Shown here: piece by piece, positions 1-13,819 of the stretch
How positions within the stretch are numbered: position 1 is the first letter of the stretch
Layout of the letters: every line of letters begins with the position of its first letter
Origin: Bispira polyomma
Lineage: Eukaryota
Direction: 5' to 3'
Assembly: GCA_965649765.1 (NCBI GenBank)
Contig: OZ287749.1
Span: forward strand, 3,658,001 to 3,722,000
Length of the DNA stretch: 64,000 nt
Translations under genes and position numbers: made by a program
The notes under the pieces: model-generated
Told to the model about the DNA's origin: nothing
What the model saw: the letters and a program-made list of their open reading frames with translations, nothing else
Databases searched by the model: none

Positions 1-1364
1 GTCACAAGTCCAGGTTTTATCCCCATATACAGAAATTACACAGATGTTACACAGAAGTTACACAGATGTTACACACACAGCCTTCACTTGAGTTGAATCT
101 GAGTTTGAGTTTGTTCTGAGAATAACGGGCCCTGGAATCAATGGCACTCAGTTCAAGTCTTTAGACTTCATCATTGTTCACCTACTTGTCTCATTAGATT
201 GTCAATTTTTATTTTATTATAAACAAAAAAGATCTCTTCAAAGGAATTCAAGATTTGGCACCAGAGAAGTATTTGTGTGTTTTAGTAGGTACCACTATAG
301 TTTAGTGTGTCCCAAATTGTAATGTTTACTTGTACTGACAGTGAGATTTTTAGCAAAGGAAACTAAATCAAAAAGAAAAAAATATTGGCAAAAAGTATCA
401 AAAGTTATAAAAAACTTACCGATGTAAAACATAGAATAGTGGGTTTTTTCACTGATATAAAAACCTGATACAGCGGGTTTTTTCCACAGCAGACACAGAT
501 TAAGTGTATTGAAGGTATGTACTGGAGATTGGTGGTCGCTGAGTAAGTATACTAGCTTACTACTTACAGGCTTAGAGCTACTAGCTTCAACATATATACT
601 TGTATAAGTTACACTCAGATACAGACACACCCAAATACGACAAACTCAAATGTCCTCACAAATAGAATTCTTATGTATACATTATTTGTGGTAATAAATT
701 TAACATGAATGTTATATAGATAAACACCAAGTGGCACTACATTATGTAAACTTAATGTTGTACGAGTGCCTTTATTATAAAACCCAACCCATCTAAAACA
801 ACATTTTAAAATAAAAATTGAAATTAAATTAAGAATGCATCCTTAAATATTTACTTTTTTAAATGCTAGAAAAAATGCTACCACTCCAATATTTTCTAAC
901 ACTACATTATTAGAAAATAATGTAGTGACAGTTCAATGGCAATGCATACGGCTTGGGTTTTATAAACAAATAACACTCTTGCCCACTAAAATAAAGGGCA
1001 ACCATAAATGCACATATTTCTTTTATTTTATGTAGTAGTTAAGTCAAGAAGGAAGTTATATTTTCACCTGAGTCCATTGGTTTGTTTCTCAGCAGGATTA
1101 CACAAATAGTACTAATCAAATTTACATTACAAATATGACCAAAATTGTGAAAAAGTGACAAAATTAACAAGAATTTTCTCTTTTTTAAAACATCAGCTCA
1201 CAGTGTGACTGACACCCCTCGGTTTGACCGGTTTGATTGGTTCCACCCAATCTCATGAAGGCATTAAATATTATTTCCAACATAGCGGCACTTCCCAACA
1301 TGGCCGCAACCTTTTGAAAAATGAAAACATTATCAGGCTGTGCCTGATAAAAACAAACACTTAT

Positions 1365-1445
1365 ACACTGGAAGAATTACACTGGAAGAATTGCACTGTA
1401 AGAATTACACTGTAAGAATTACACTGTAAAAATTACACTATAAGC
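1365..1445. repeat. 14-bp tandem repeat x~6
   Basis: Unit acactg(g/t)aagaatt. Confidence 0.9.
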
Positions 1446-2085
1446 ATTGCCTATTTTTTGTAATTCTCTCCAAAACAAAGATGACAATTTCTAACTCTAT
1501 TTATGTCCATATATGGGCATATATTTTGTAAACAACTGGAAAGTATATTGACTGTACAGGTTCTTGTACTATGAGTACAACAGCATGAGTAAAACCTCTT
1601 GTGTACATCATGACCCTGTTATCTGTGTAAAACACAACAGATCCGCTTGGCCACAAATACCTAACAGATGAGAAAAGGTAAACCAGAGGTCCATGACCAC
1701 AGCTCAGGCTGAGTGAAGGTAGTCTCTCCAAGGCGTACATTTAATGTTTTTACTTTTATAGTGCCACAATCGATGGCCAGGCATCCTCTGTGGCACACAT
1801 CATAATCAGAATGCAAAAGCATAATCCAATAGGAGAAAAGAAAAAGACCAGTAGACAAATGTTAATGCGGAAAAGCGAGTTGATGCAAATATGTTGTGAG
1901 TTTTTTTCTGAATTCTGTAATTCTTGTGTCAATGTAGAAAGACTATTCTACTCAGTTTAGCCTGATTTATGGAAGCTGCATTAACATTTTGGTGAATACA
2001 ATAATATCGTGTTGAGTGAGTATATAAGTTTTCCAAAATATATAATTTAGTGATTTAGGATAATATAGTCGGTGTGTCTTCTATA

Positions 2086-2281
2086 TTTCATGGCAGTTTA
2101 TGAGTGTACATTATGTCATGGCAGTCGGTGAGTGTACATTATGCCATGGCAGTGGGTGAGTGTACATTATGTCATAGTAGTGTGTGGGTCTACATTATTT
2201 CATGGTGGTGTGTAATTGTACATTGTTTTATACTAGTGTCTGAGTATACATTATTTCATGGTAGTGAGTGAGTGTGTACAT
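2086..2281. repeat. 28-bp tandem repeat x~7
   Basis: Unit tgagtgtacattatgtcatggcagtggg. Confidence 0.88.
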
Positions 2282-2419
2282 GTAGCCTCAAGTTTACTGG
2301 TAACATAGATAATATAGTTTATTTTACACAGAGCCTAAAAACCAGGCTAACATTTTCTAGCTTCTTGCAATCACAAAGTATATATATATATATATACACA
2401 TACATATATATAGCAGCCC

Positions 2420-2711
2420 TCAGTGTACGTAAATCCAGACCAAGCGAGCAAGTCTGAGTAAATCCTGACTGTAATCTGTAATCATCCGGCAGACACCTGT
2501 CCCTTGATTAGTACTGTGATCCAGATACCATTGTGTTGGCTTAGTTACAGGGACTAGTTCCTAGGATTCTGTCTCTCTCTCTTCTGTCTGGATATCTGTC
2601 CTCTCTGGATCATCCCTGGGACTATTTATAGAATCTGCCTGGAATTGCAAGAATTTTACACCGAATTAAAAGGGGATTTTAATTGAATTTTCTGGGGATA
2701 ATCAATTGACG
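2420..2711 (+). other. Candidate non-coding first exon, possibly of the sHSP gene
   Basis: Follows a TATATA tract, contains no ATG and ends in a consensus donor CG|GTGAGT at 2712. The sHSP ATG lies just after an acceptor and needs an upstream exon. The link between the two is inference only. Confidence 0.3.
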
Positions 2712-4789
2712 GTGAGTAGTTAAAATATAGTGATATCTCCGAAAATGCATGATAGATTATGAATATACTTTATATCATTTCATCAATTTATTTATGAAGT
2801 TTACAATCACAAAAGCACCGTTAATGTTAATTTAAATTCTACAAGGCTTTAAACTATGATATATTTCAATAGTATCACGCAATAAAAATATTTTTATCGT
2901 TTCACAAAATTGTCTTTTTTATCGACTAAACTGGGGTATTGCTACTTCTAACATATAAAAAATGATTTACTTTTTAAAAATAATAATGGATGTCTTTCGT
3001 ATTTTTGTTTATTTTCACCCTGGACGATAAATGGGGTGCTCTCATTCGTGGATAAATATTGATTATTTTTAGGTCTCTAGTTTTCCACCAATCTGAAATT
3101 ATAACACAAACTTAGCATATAAGAATGAAATGTAAACTATTGGCACCAGAGATACACAAAATGCAGTCAAACTAACACGTATTTACGTCTTCATTTTGTT
3201 TTGTTAACATTTACGCTCGTAATATTTCACATAGACAATAAAACGGGCTACAAGATGCCCTCTTGCTGGAATTTCAGAAATATATTTGATTGAAAATAAC
3301 TTGAAAGACAAATTATCCTTTTCATTTCTATATTAAGAACGTTGGTGTGTTGGACAAATTTGATTGTGTGTGTGTAGTTATAATTTTCTTTCATTTAGAA
3401 TATCTTAATTTTTTTTTTTTTTTTTCAATTAGAAACGTTTAAGAAAACTGACAAACATGAATCAAGGGCTTAAAATGTCTGATGTTGGCTGAATTATTTT
3501 TTTTCTTAAAGTACACTAACCACAATTCAGCTTTTGTTGGGTTTTTTTCAAATTATAATTTAAACCCACAAAATTCCTTTAGTTTAGCCTTATTTTTATC
3601 AACCAGTTAATCTATTGGTATCAAATGTTCTCATTTCCCTCTGTGTAAATGTGCATGTATATTGTGTAATTGTTTTAATTGACTTCTCAGCTAAATTCCA
3701 CCAAACACAACGATTAACATTATGTGACCCCCTTGGGGGAATTATCAGGTTAAAATTAAATGGATGAATGACCTTTCTATACAAAGGGATTAATTGATGT
3801 ATTTTTAGATGTTTGTGTTAATTTTCCTCTAAAAAAACAAATAAATAATCACTAATATCATCAGTCTATTGGGTGCATTGTTAAATATCAGTTATAAGGT
3901 CCCAGGTTTAACATTTTTTACTCACTTTGTAGAACTTCTGGCGAGCAAAAATAAATTATTCGCCAAATTGAATAGAGTTATTGTACATTGTTTACACATA
4001 TCGCTGTCAAGTAATACCTTTAAAAACAAACAATTGTAGTGTATTGTGGATTTTTAATGTGACTGATTCTCCTAAAACACAACATCATTTGCTCCATCAG
4101 TAAACTGTCTGCCGTGATATGGCACAAGCTCTGTCATGTATGTGGTTTATGTCAGCAGTAGACATGCTGAAGGTTGGTGGTTTTTACAGAGCAAAAAAAC
4201 CTTAACAAACTACTCTGTTCTGATTACCTCCACTAATGAACTGCCGGGTCATAGTATTACACAAAGACATGTGGAAGCGATGTTAAGCCCAAACTAAACG
4301 TTCTTAGCTTCATTGCATTCTCATTCGGATTGCTGAACCATGACATGGGTTTTTGGTAATGACCATTTGTTCGCCCAAGCTGGACCTTGCCTTTTAGGGG
4401 GGGGGGGGGGGGGGGAGAGAGAGAGAGAGAAGGGCTTGTGAGAAGGAAAATTCCAGAAAAAGCAAGTATCTCAAATAGCTATGTTATTTATTTTTGTGGA
4501 TAGGTTAAAAGGTCAGCTACAGGCTATTCCAGCTTACCCAGACATATAGCCTGGGTAATACACACACAAACATATCACCTGATCAGTTGTTATTGATCAG
4601 GGGTTAATTGTGTGCAGAATGTGTTTTCACTTGCACAGCTGTTTTTCTACACTAAGCAGTGATATCCATGTGTTGGGTCAAAGTAGCCTGTCAAGGCTAA
4701 CTGTAAAAAAACATTAATAAATGTTCACAAACAATCTAATATTTAATGTATACAGACTGTTTGAGACCCTTCTTTTTGTTATTATTATT

Positions 4790-5110
4790 ATACATTTTTA
4801 ACACGCTTTATTGATGTTAGGCTTCTTTTAAAGTGCAACAGCAGAATTAGTAATCCAATCATGTAGTCCATGGACACAGCAAAGTCGTAAGGAAAAATGT
4901 GGGGTGTACATGAGGGAACTAAGCAAGGCAAAAAAGATAGGTTTTAAGGTTTTTTCCCGAAAACCAATAAGTGTTTCTAGTGATCTGACGTCAGCTGGGA
5001 GACTATTCCATAACAAGAGGGCTGCAATGGAGAAAGCTCTAGATCCAGCCTTCTTTAGAAATCGATGTAATTTTACTGTCTTATTAAGAAGGTTGTGACC
5101 ATGACATCAT
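4790..5110 (-). mobile_element. L2-like 3' end fragment
   Basis: FSIAAL.LWNSLPADVRS....GFR..LK motif. Similar pieces at about 8860-9130 and 25040-25350. Confidence 0.7.
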
Positions 5111-8100
5111 CTGGTGATCTTGATATCAAGGTGGTGCTAACCGGATAATTTAAATGGGTGCAGAGCATCAAATCATTTTGTATGCACAAAGTAGTTTCTG
5201 ATCGCTAATCCATATTAAATTGTATAACTCACGGGGATTCCAAAACAATACTTTAGTTTAAGTTTGTCTTGAAGAAATGAACAAAATCAATACTGCAGTT
5301 CTAGTAACTCCAGCATAAACAGTCGTGTTATTTATTTTCTTCATGTGTGCATTGATCTAATAAAAGAACGCCAAAGAAAGACTAGCCCAATCAATTATTT
5401 TCATAGAAAATTTATGACCATTAGTACAATACCTGTTATAACTGTAAACTCACCAAAGGTCAGACATTGGCCAGGTTGCATAAGACCCTGTCTAGCCTTT
5501 CTCAGGGCTTTAGGATTTCAAGGAATAAACCTCTTTGGTCATTGTTGTAAGTGCTCAGAATCCGTATTCATCAAATATCTCATACATTAAAACTTTAACT
5601 TTTGCTAAAAATTCCAATACCACACATACAGGTTTTCATTTTGATTGAATAACCTAAATACATCAGGACACATTTTGAGATGTTAATTTTTTGGTGAGTT
5701 TAAGTTCACCATCTTTATCAAAAGTCTTAAAACTTAAACTCCCGCTTAAACTCCAATCCCACACACATTAATGGACGTTAATTAATGCACATTAATGGAC
5801 CTAGACGCATTTTGAGGATTTTCTTGAGTTTAAGGTTGACATCTTTGATATGAGCCCAGGTCTTCCTTGACCTAAGTTAGAAAGTTGGTCTTGTGTGACT
5901 CTATCATTACTGGTTCAACTAAATAATAACCTTTTTAACAAAGATATGAACAGACAAGTGCTTTCTAAGTAACAATTGTATTGTATTTGGATTGTATTTT
6001 TCATTTTTAACGCGGGTCATTGATGTAAGGGATATTCAGAGCCCAGATTCGATCCTTGCTGCAGGCTTAAAGATTGTATTCTTGGACAAGGTGCAATATC
6101 CTATTGCGAGGGACTGAAGGAAAATATACGAAATATTTTTTGGGTGTTGACTACTTGCCGGCAGACATACTATCTCGGAGCAACAAATTCTGTGACTGCT
6201 AACCGACCACATAGGGATCAATTTTATAAATTTTAAAAAAAAAAAATTGGCAAGAAGAATGTGTAGGTTCACTAAAAAGGCTGGTATATTAAACACAATT
6301 ATATATATTTATAAGAGAGCCAGAAGGAAAGACTGTGCATTGACTACTGTAGCAAACTCGCTGTCGGTTTACCATCCATCAGCTAGCACCTACTACTTGT
6401 TGAGAAAATCCTAATTAAGTGTTTACAGCACATACATACCAAATATTTTAGAAAGCCACTAGGAACAGGAAATAGAATTATATTTCTCTTTTAGACAAAT
6501 GGAAATGAAAAAGTTGATTATTCTTACTATATTTTCAGAATCGTATAGTCTTCCAAAATAAAACAAATTAAATATTTGTACACAATTGCGCCAAAAACTC
6601 TCTTTACACTCGCCCACCAATGCAAGCTTGTCACCAACAAACTCGGCATCAGTCTTTACCAACTAGGTACCAATTTTTCAAATTTTTAGTATTAGGTTAC
6701 AGATAGATGGAGTCACTAAAACACACACCACAGACTAATTCCAGCGTGCAATAACGGCCTTAAGTCTACTTTTCTGAATAGGAGATTCTTCTTTACTAAG
6801 AATTTCCTATTTGCGAAGAACTGCAAAAATATGAAATAATATTTTTCTAGTGACACCTGCTTGCCGACAGACATAGGTTTTGTGGGTAAGAATTGCTGTT
6901 GGCAGCTACCAGACAGCTTAGAAGTCAAAAGGGTTAAGGAAGTGATTCCTATTTGGTTGGGGCTGCAAATATTTGGGAAACTGAATTTTGCATGACAAAG
7001 GTGCTACATTATAGAATTTATAGAATTATTTAGATTTTAATTTTGAATTTAGTTTGGGCTTTAAGGCACTTTTACCAGCTCAGGTCATATGATGACGACC
7101 ATATCCAATTATAGGAGAAACAAGTGCTGAAGCCACTGTTATCCACTGATCTTCGGCAAGTACCTGACAAACTGCCCACGTGAATGAATAAAATGGATGT
7201 GAAATAGGTACCACTGGGCCACTACGGCCATTCGTAGGCCAAGGAAGAAACTAAAAAATCGTTCGAAAGCATTAGAGCAGAAGGGTGGATTCAGAACTTT
7301 TGACACTCTGTCACCTTGGCTGAGGTATGCACTTTACTGAGTGCCCTTCTCAGTGTTTTGACTATGTATGACTAATATCCAGAAGATGAAGCAGGTATGT
7401 CATAAAAAACTATACCGGGAATGTTTGTGTACACATAACTCCCTTTCTTGATAATATGTATAGTTTTAAGCAAAAGATTTAAACTAACTTTAGAAAAGCA
7501 ATGATATTGTGGCATTTGCTGTCCAAAACAACAAGGAAATTAGACAGCAAAGTTTGGATGTTTGGATATGTAGCATAACTTACTTGTCAATAGTTACTAT
7601 TTACTAGCAAGGTATTATCAATAGCTTTTAAATTGTTTTGTACAACATATGATATAATGCTTACTTGTTGAAAACTAGTCGAGAGCTCAATAGAGCGCAT
7701 ACCTCCACCAAGAAACCACACCGACAAAAATATCTTCAAGGATTCGCCCCTTTTTGCTACAATCAGCTGCATAATTGTATAGATTCTGTATTGGGCCGAT
7801 GTCCCATCCCCAACCAAATTTCATGTAAATTGGTTCTGATTTTTTTGTGTAATTCTAATAACAAACAAACATACACAGACGAAAACATAAGTTCCTTAAT
7901 AATAAAACAACAAAATCACCATATTTCCTATTTGTAAGAATATGTACTGTTAACCATTTGTTTATTTTTGGTTTAGATTTTAGGAACAACAGCTAAAATT
8001 AATTAATACTTAAGAGTTTTGTAAGCTGTACATTCTCAAGGCAAATGCTTTAGTACTTTCTTTTAGTACAATTTCGTAGCTTTAGATACAAGTTTGTGTT

Positions 8101-9724
8101 AAACTTTTTGCAGCTGTCTGCATATTTGAGCTTTTTCCATCCTAACCACAAAAAAACCCTTGCTTCGTTGGAGCAAATACAGTACTGTTTGCTAATAATG
8201 CTCAGAGAGCCGGCAAAGTATTGCTTGTTTAACAAGAGCACTCAGTCGACTGCATACCCTTCACCATGTGGGTACAACATCGAAAGGGTCTGTGCAACAA
8301 ATCTAGACCTCTTCAAGTCGGATCTCACATCCACAACGCATGTGTCTAAAAATTCAGTAAGGTACAGTTTGTTTACACACTTAAATAATTCAAAATAAAT
8401 TACCTTTTTTTCAACATCAAGGTGGATAGACTTTCTTCAAGTCCTTTTCTCTTAAGCATTAGCATTATATGAGGGCAGTATGACTTTGAAACTAGATACT
8501 GGTGCTGAGAAAAGTATTTGCACACAGAAGATCTGACCAATTCTCATAGTGGAATCATAATGACGTCCTGCATGGTGGATATGGATAAAATACAAAGACT
8601 TGTGAGCCAGTCTAAATGGTCGGGAAACCAGTACACGGGTGGTGCTGGTTTCGGCCTACCACTGGTCTCAGCCACCTCGATATTTACTTTGTATTGATTT
8701 TACTGGGTACTGTGTACTGAAGCTACTGTTAACAACCTGCTTACAGCAAGTACCTGACAAAACTTTCCCAATAAGAAAAAACAAATGGGTTTCGAACCCA
8801 CATTGGTGAGAGGCCAGTGATTGTGAAGCTAGCACTAGGTTTACCTTACAAATGTAGATTTATTGGTATTGTATTGTATTTTGCATTTTTGATGTACCTT
8901 ATTTATGCGGGAGGCATCTTTAAAAGTACTACAACAGAATTAATTAACCAGTCAAGAAGTCCATAACAAATATAGCCATGGTCTTAAGGGAGTGTGTGGG
9001 GTGGGTGTACAGGGAGAGAACTAAAGGAGGTTAAGTGAGTTTAAAGAGATCGGTGTTAAGTTATTCCTAAACTCAGAAAGTATTTCTAGTGATCTACTTG
9101 AAGACCATTCCATAAGATAGGGACAGCGATTGATTAACACGTCTAAATACCATTATGTAATGTTGGTGTTCTCCACTAATTAACCCGACTGAACTGCCAT
9201 AATAATGTATTTACATGTTTTAAAAGACTCCATATTATTCTTAAATGTCCCTATTTCTTATGGACGACAGTCTTTTCTCTGCACAATTCCACTTTTTGGG
9301 GCTGAAATGAAAAGTTCGTGTATTTCCTGGTGTTTATGTATATTGCCAAACTCATCTCTAGATATTTAGCAAAAAAACTGGACTGTCCATACATTGCTGG
9401 AATACTCCTTAAAATAGAAAATGACTAAATTAAACAAATACATAGAAAAAACGTTGCCCATATTTTATAAATTACTAAACTACTGCTAAAAGACAGTTCA
9501 GCAATAAAAACTTTTAGTTGTGTAACTTTTTAGCTGTTCATATAAAAACAAATATTGAGCAAAAACACTTATCACTTCCAATACAACAGAAAATAGATTT
9601 GCTCAGCAGCAGGGAAGGATTTACAGCCGTTTTCTTATCTATATTGGACTTTTTATGAGGGGTTAGTAATAATACTGCAGATATAAATGTACCTGGAAAG
9701 GTCATCCTATTTACTGGATCAAGA

Positions 9725-10000
9725 TACACATAGACACACTAACAGCCACACACACACTCATATAGACACACACATACACATAGACTTACACACAGCCATA
9801 CACACACAACCACATACAGTCATACATAGTCACTCACACACGCAGCCACACACACACTTACACATACAACCACACATACATAGCCACACACACACTAACA
9901 CACACAGTCACACACACATTCACTCACATAACCACACACAGCCATATACTCAGCCACACACACACACATACTAACACACACAACTACACACGCCAAATCA
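9725..10000. repeat. Degenerate (CA)n microsatellite
   Basis: CA-rich tract; source of the spurious His/Thr ORF. Confidence 0.95.
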
Positions 10001-10159
10001 CAACTGCCACTGTGGACTGATTTATTTGACAACTGTAACAGTTACAGTACCCAGAAATATAGATTATTGTCTTTTATGGCACTTTTCACTGGAAATAGAT
10101 TAGCAGATTATTTTTTGCTAATTTCCTGAGATGGTGCAAATAAATTCGAGAGAACATTT

Positions 10160-10362
10160 AAATTTATTTCGCTTTTTATGTCGTTTTAACAGCTTCGGTC
10201 ATGTAATGGTGGCCAGATTTTAATGGTGGAAGAAACCAGTGCTGAAGCCACCGTAAACCACCAACCTACCTGACTAAACTTACCCACAAGAAGAAACGAA
10301 TAGGATTCGAACCCACATTGGTCAATGATTATTAGCAATCACTTATAACCACTAGGCCACGA
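10160..10362 (-). mobile_element. tRNA-derived SINE
   Basis: Reverse-complement copy. Partial copies also at about 7040-7185, 8700-8835, 15290-15420 and 27030-27170. Confidence 0.75.
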
Positions 10363-13043
10363 CAAACCCCCCCCCCCCCCCCCCCCAGGCTCCCCCTTAA
10401 CCACAAAGAATGATTTTTACTAAAATAAATTGTCAAATAAACATAAATTAGTTGTTGTTTTTTTGTACCAAGTCCACATATTGTACTGTATAGATATTTG
10501 CACTGCCGGGCTGATAGATACACACTGAATGTGGCTGTATATTTGTTGAGCTATTTGCTCATGAAAAAAAGAACTTTTCACATCATCAATATCAACGACC
10601 AAAAAACTGTTGTTGTTTTGTCTCTCATTTAAGGGATAAGAGAACAACACAAATTTAATAACAAAATTTGTCAACAAGCTCTTTAAATACACAGCAAAGT
10701 AATTCATCTGATTATAATTCATGCTGTCTGAAAATATATAGCAGCACAGAAAATGATGGCATAGATGGTATGGTTAAGATCAACATTGCCAATAGCCAAA
10801 GAATGAGTTTTAGTATGACCCTAAAGGTTTGCAAGTTGCATCTTTCACCAATACAGACTTTCTCCCCGCCCCCTAGACAGTTTCACGTTGTGTTAGCACA
10901 CTTTTGACCCTGAGTCTGAGATGTTAATTGGTTAAAGGGCAAGCAAGTTTGTATATATGGATTTGGTGTATGGTATTTTTTGGCTAGTTTTCCCTGCTTA
11001 AGCATGGAATATACATAATAAAACACAAGAACTGCTTCAATAATTCTGCCCCAACTTTCCACTTCGCTTGTATGTGTCAGCCAGGTTTTATCAGAATGGA
11101 ATTATAATTCCAGCTGAGCTGATATCACAAGCTGAATGAGCCTATTTCTGTAATCTTAGCTTCTTTGGTGCATCACAGTCAGTATGCGGATGACTTTACC
11201 TTGATGGCTGCGATATGCTGGAGACCTTAGATTACCAACAACACTAATACCCATATCTAATATATACACACAATATTGACAGTGTATTATAAAAAAATTC
11301 CATTTGCTATTTTAGTATTTACATTGTAAAAGTATTACAATATATCACCATAAGATATACAAGGTATTAATGGAATATTTTAAAATCTCTGATCATATAT
11401 ATATATCTACATTATTTACAATAGTACAGTTCTGTTAAATTAATACATAGTATTATATATATTCATAGAATACCAGGTATAACTGGGTTATTTCAAAATT
11501 AGGAAAATATCAATTAAGGTTAATTTCACTATATTCTGATGATACCTTTGTGATGACTACTGAGTTAAGTACATTTCCTCCTCACTACCAGCTGTTTTAT
11601 GGATAGCACAAGGTTAAAAATAGTCTGGCTTAAGGCTCATGTTTCTCAAGTCAGACACTGTAAGTCTGTAACCACTAACCGCTTGTACATTTAATTCACT
11701 AGAGTCTGCTTCCTTTTTTAGCCCACAAGTATATTACACATATGAGTATATAATGCTAAATTGAGTAAAATGAAATTTGAAATGGTAGCCAGTCTACTTA
11801 TCATCCATGTGTATCTGTAGCAATATCATCAGAGGAAATCGTCTCTCTAACTCCAACTTCTTACTTAAAAAAACTAGCAGTTTCAAAAATCACTTAAAGT
11901 TGCAGCACCTGCCGAATGGAATAGTCTCTTCCTGCCAGTTTTTTTGCACTGAGACAAGGTTTCAAATGATACTGGTCTCAAAAAACTTCTGCCTTAACTT
12001 CAATTTTGCAGGTTACAACTAAGCTCTGATCACGAACCATTTCCGCATATTGGTTAAAAAAACTATAACATTAAGATTTAAATTTAGAGAGTACATTTCT
12101 GACAAAACGTGAGAGCCGTAATCAAGACTATTGCTGAACCTTCCATGTGTGTCAGACTCAAAGATATTCTAACATAAGAAAGCCAGCAGATTTCTTATCC
12201 ACACTGGAGCACCAATAATAATATTAATAGTGTAGTATTGTGATGGGCACCTGCTGTATGTGTGTGTATGAGGCACTTTAGTGTATAGAACTGGATGGAT
12301 TTTTGTGTATATGTGGAGTATATTTTAACACACATATCACAGTGATTGTAAATATTAGAAAAGGTTAGTAAAACTAAAATCTTCTTCAGAAGTCATTTTA
12401 ACCTGGATACATTCTGTTGTCGGAATAAAGAGATTTATCGATAACATTTACAAATTGGGTTAATCATATATTTTTACATGTTCTCGTAGCTCTACTCAAT
12501 TAAATATACTGGCATTACAGTAAATAATTAAAACCAACATATAAAGAGCAGCTCCTGTTATCAAAGCTTGTAATTAAGGAAGATACATTTAAAAAATACT
12601 GGTCTCAATTCGAAAGTGTGTTCATAATAATATTTGATCATAAAATTGCAATGTGTACAGTTATTGTCTTTTTTGTCAATTTTTTCTATTTATCTTGTGT
12701 ATACATGTCACCTTGTCCTATTATTGTCACCTATCTTTCATGTAATTTTATTAATTATTAGAAGTATCTGTAAATAAAAAAATAATAAAAATTACAAAAG
12801 GCAGGAGAGTTTGTAAGTATTCTATAATTATTAATTTCATACTTTTGGGGATCGCTTTAGAGTAATATATATAAAGCGCCATATAAATTTTGTATAATAA
12901 TAATAGATTTGGGTTAAAAGAAACTTAATATATCATGTCTAAGTCCAACCATATTGATGTACCATTAATTATTGTGCACAAATACAAGTAATGATAATTA
13001 TAGATATTTCGGTGTACTTCAAATTTTGCACCTTCCCTGAAAT

Positions 13044-13231
13044 GGGGGCCACGGTGGCCTAGTGGTTAGCAAGCATTGCGCTTCACAATCACTGGTCTCT
13101 CACCTCTGGGCGGCGTGAGTTCCAATCCCGTCGATGCCTATGTGGGAAAGGTGGAAGTTCCAACTACCAGTCCCAATATAACCTAAACAGGTACTAGAGT
13201 GGACGTTAAATATCCCAATTCCCATTTCCAT
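13044..13231 (+). mobile_element. tRNA-derived SINE of the same subfamily as 47002, internally deleted
   Basis: Near-identical head and tail to 47002-47254, lacking about 70 bp of the middle. Probable TSD ctgaaat. Confidence 0.88.
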
Positions 13232-13819
13232 TCTCTGAAATGAGATTACTTGGCATGGCTAAATTTTGTGTTTCACAGAAGACATCTCAGTCGTTCTGCT
13301 CCCAGTTCATCACAATCCACATTCGTGGCATACAAAGCCTAACTCGCTCTATCGAACCAGTTCACTCTGTATATATTTCTAGTCAAGAATTTTCAGATGA
13401 CACAGAACGTTTCAGCCTATTCTTCAGATAGGCCATTGGCCAAAATTCCCAGATGCCAGATATTTCTCCTATATATAACTCTCTGTGTCGCTGTAAATAT
13501 CTCGAGAACTCCTCCTTCTCCTATATATACCTTTCCCTCAATCTCTGTATATATCTCTATACTAACTCTTACTCTATCTATCTACTTTAAGACAGCCATG
13601 TTTTCCGACGAGACTGTCAGCCAGAGTTCACAGATGACTTCGAGCTCTACAATTCTATTTCTTTGTATGTATATTTCCAGCCAGACAAGAACATCAGCCA
13701 GAGTTGTCAGATGAGCCTTAACTTCTCCTACACCTCATCCTATGTATAAACTCTCTCTATCTCTGTTTATATTTTCATATGGACATTAACTTTCACTCGC
13801 TCTATACTTCCAGCCAGCC

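Noticed and set aside
1666-1787. Possible minus-strand exon GCLAIDCG...ELWSWTSGLPFLI
   Set aside because: The acceptor is plausible, but the donor (GTTAGG) is weak, no partner exons were found and the family is not recognisable without a search.
6300-6937. piggyBac-like element ending AAAGGG-TTAA
   Set aside because: Only one terminus was found and there is no transposase, so its limits cannot be set.
9687-9974. His/Thr-rich 95-aa ORF
   Set aside because: Translation of a (CA)n microsatellite.
13044-13135. tRNA genes at the GGGGCC...TGGCCTAGTGG heads (also 47002, 56628, 41662)
   Set aside because: They are followed by SINE cores, tails and TSDs, and I could not form a clean cloverleaf.
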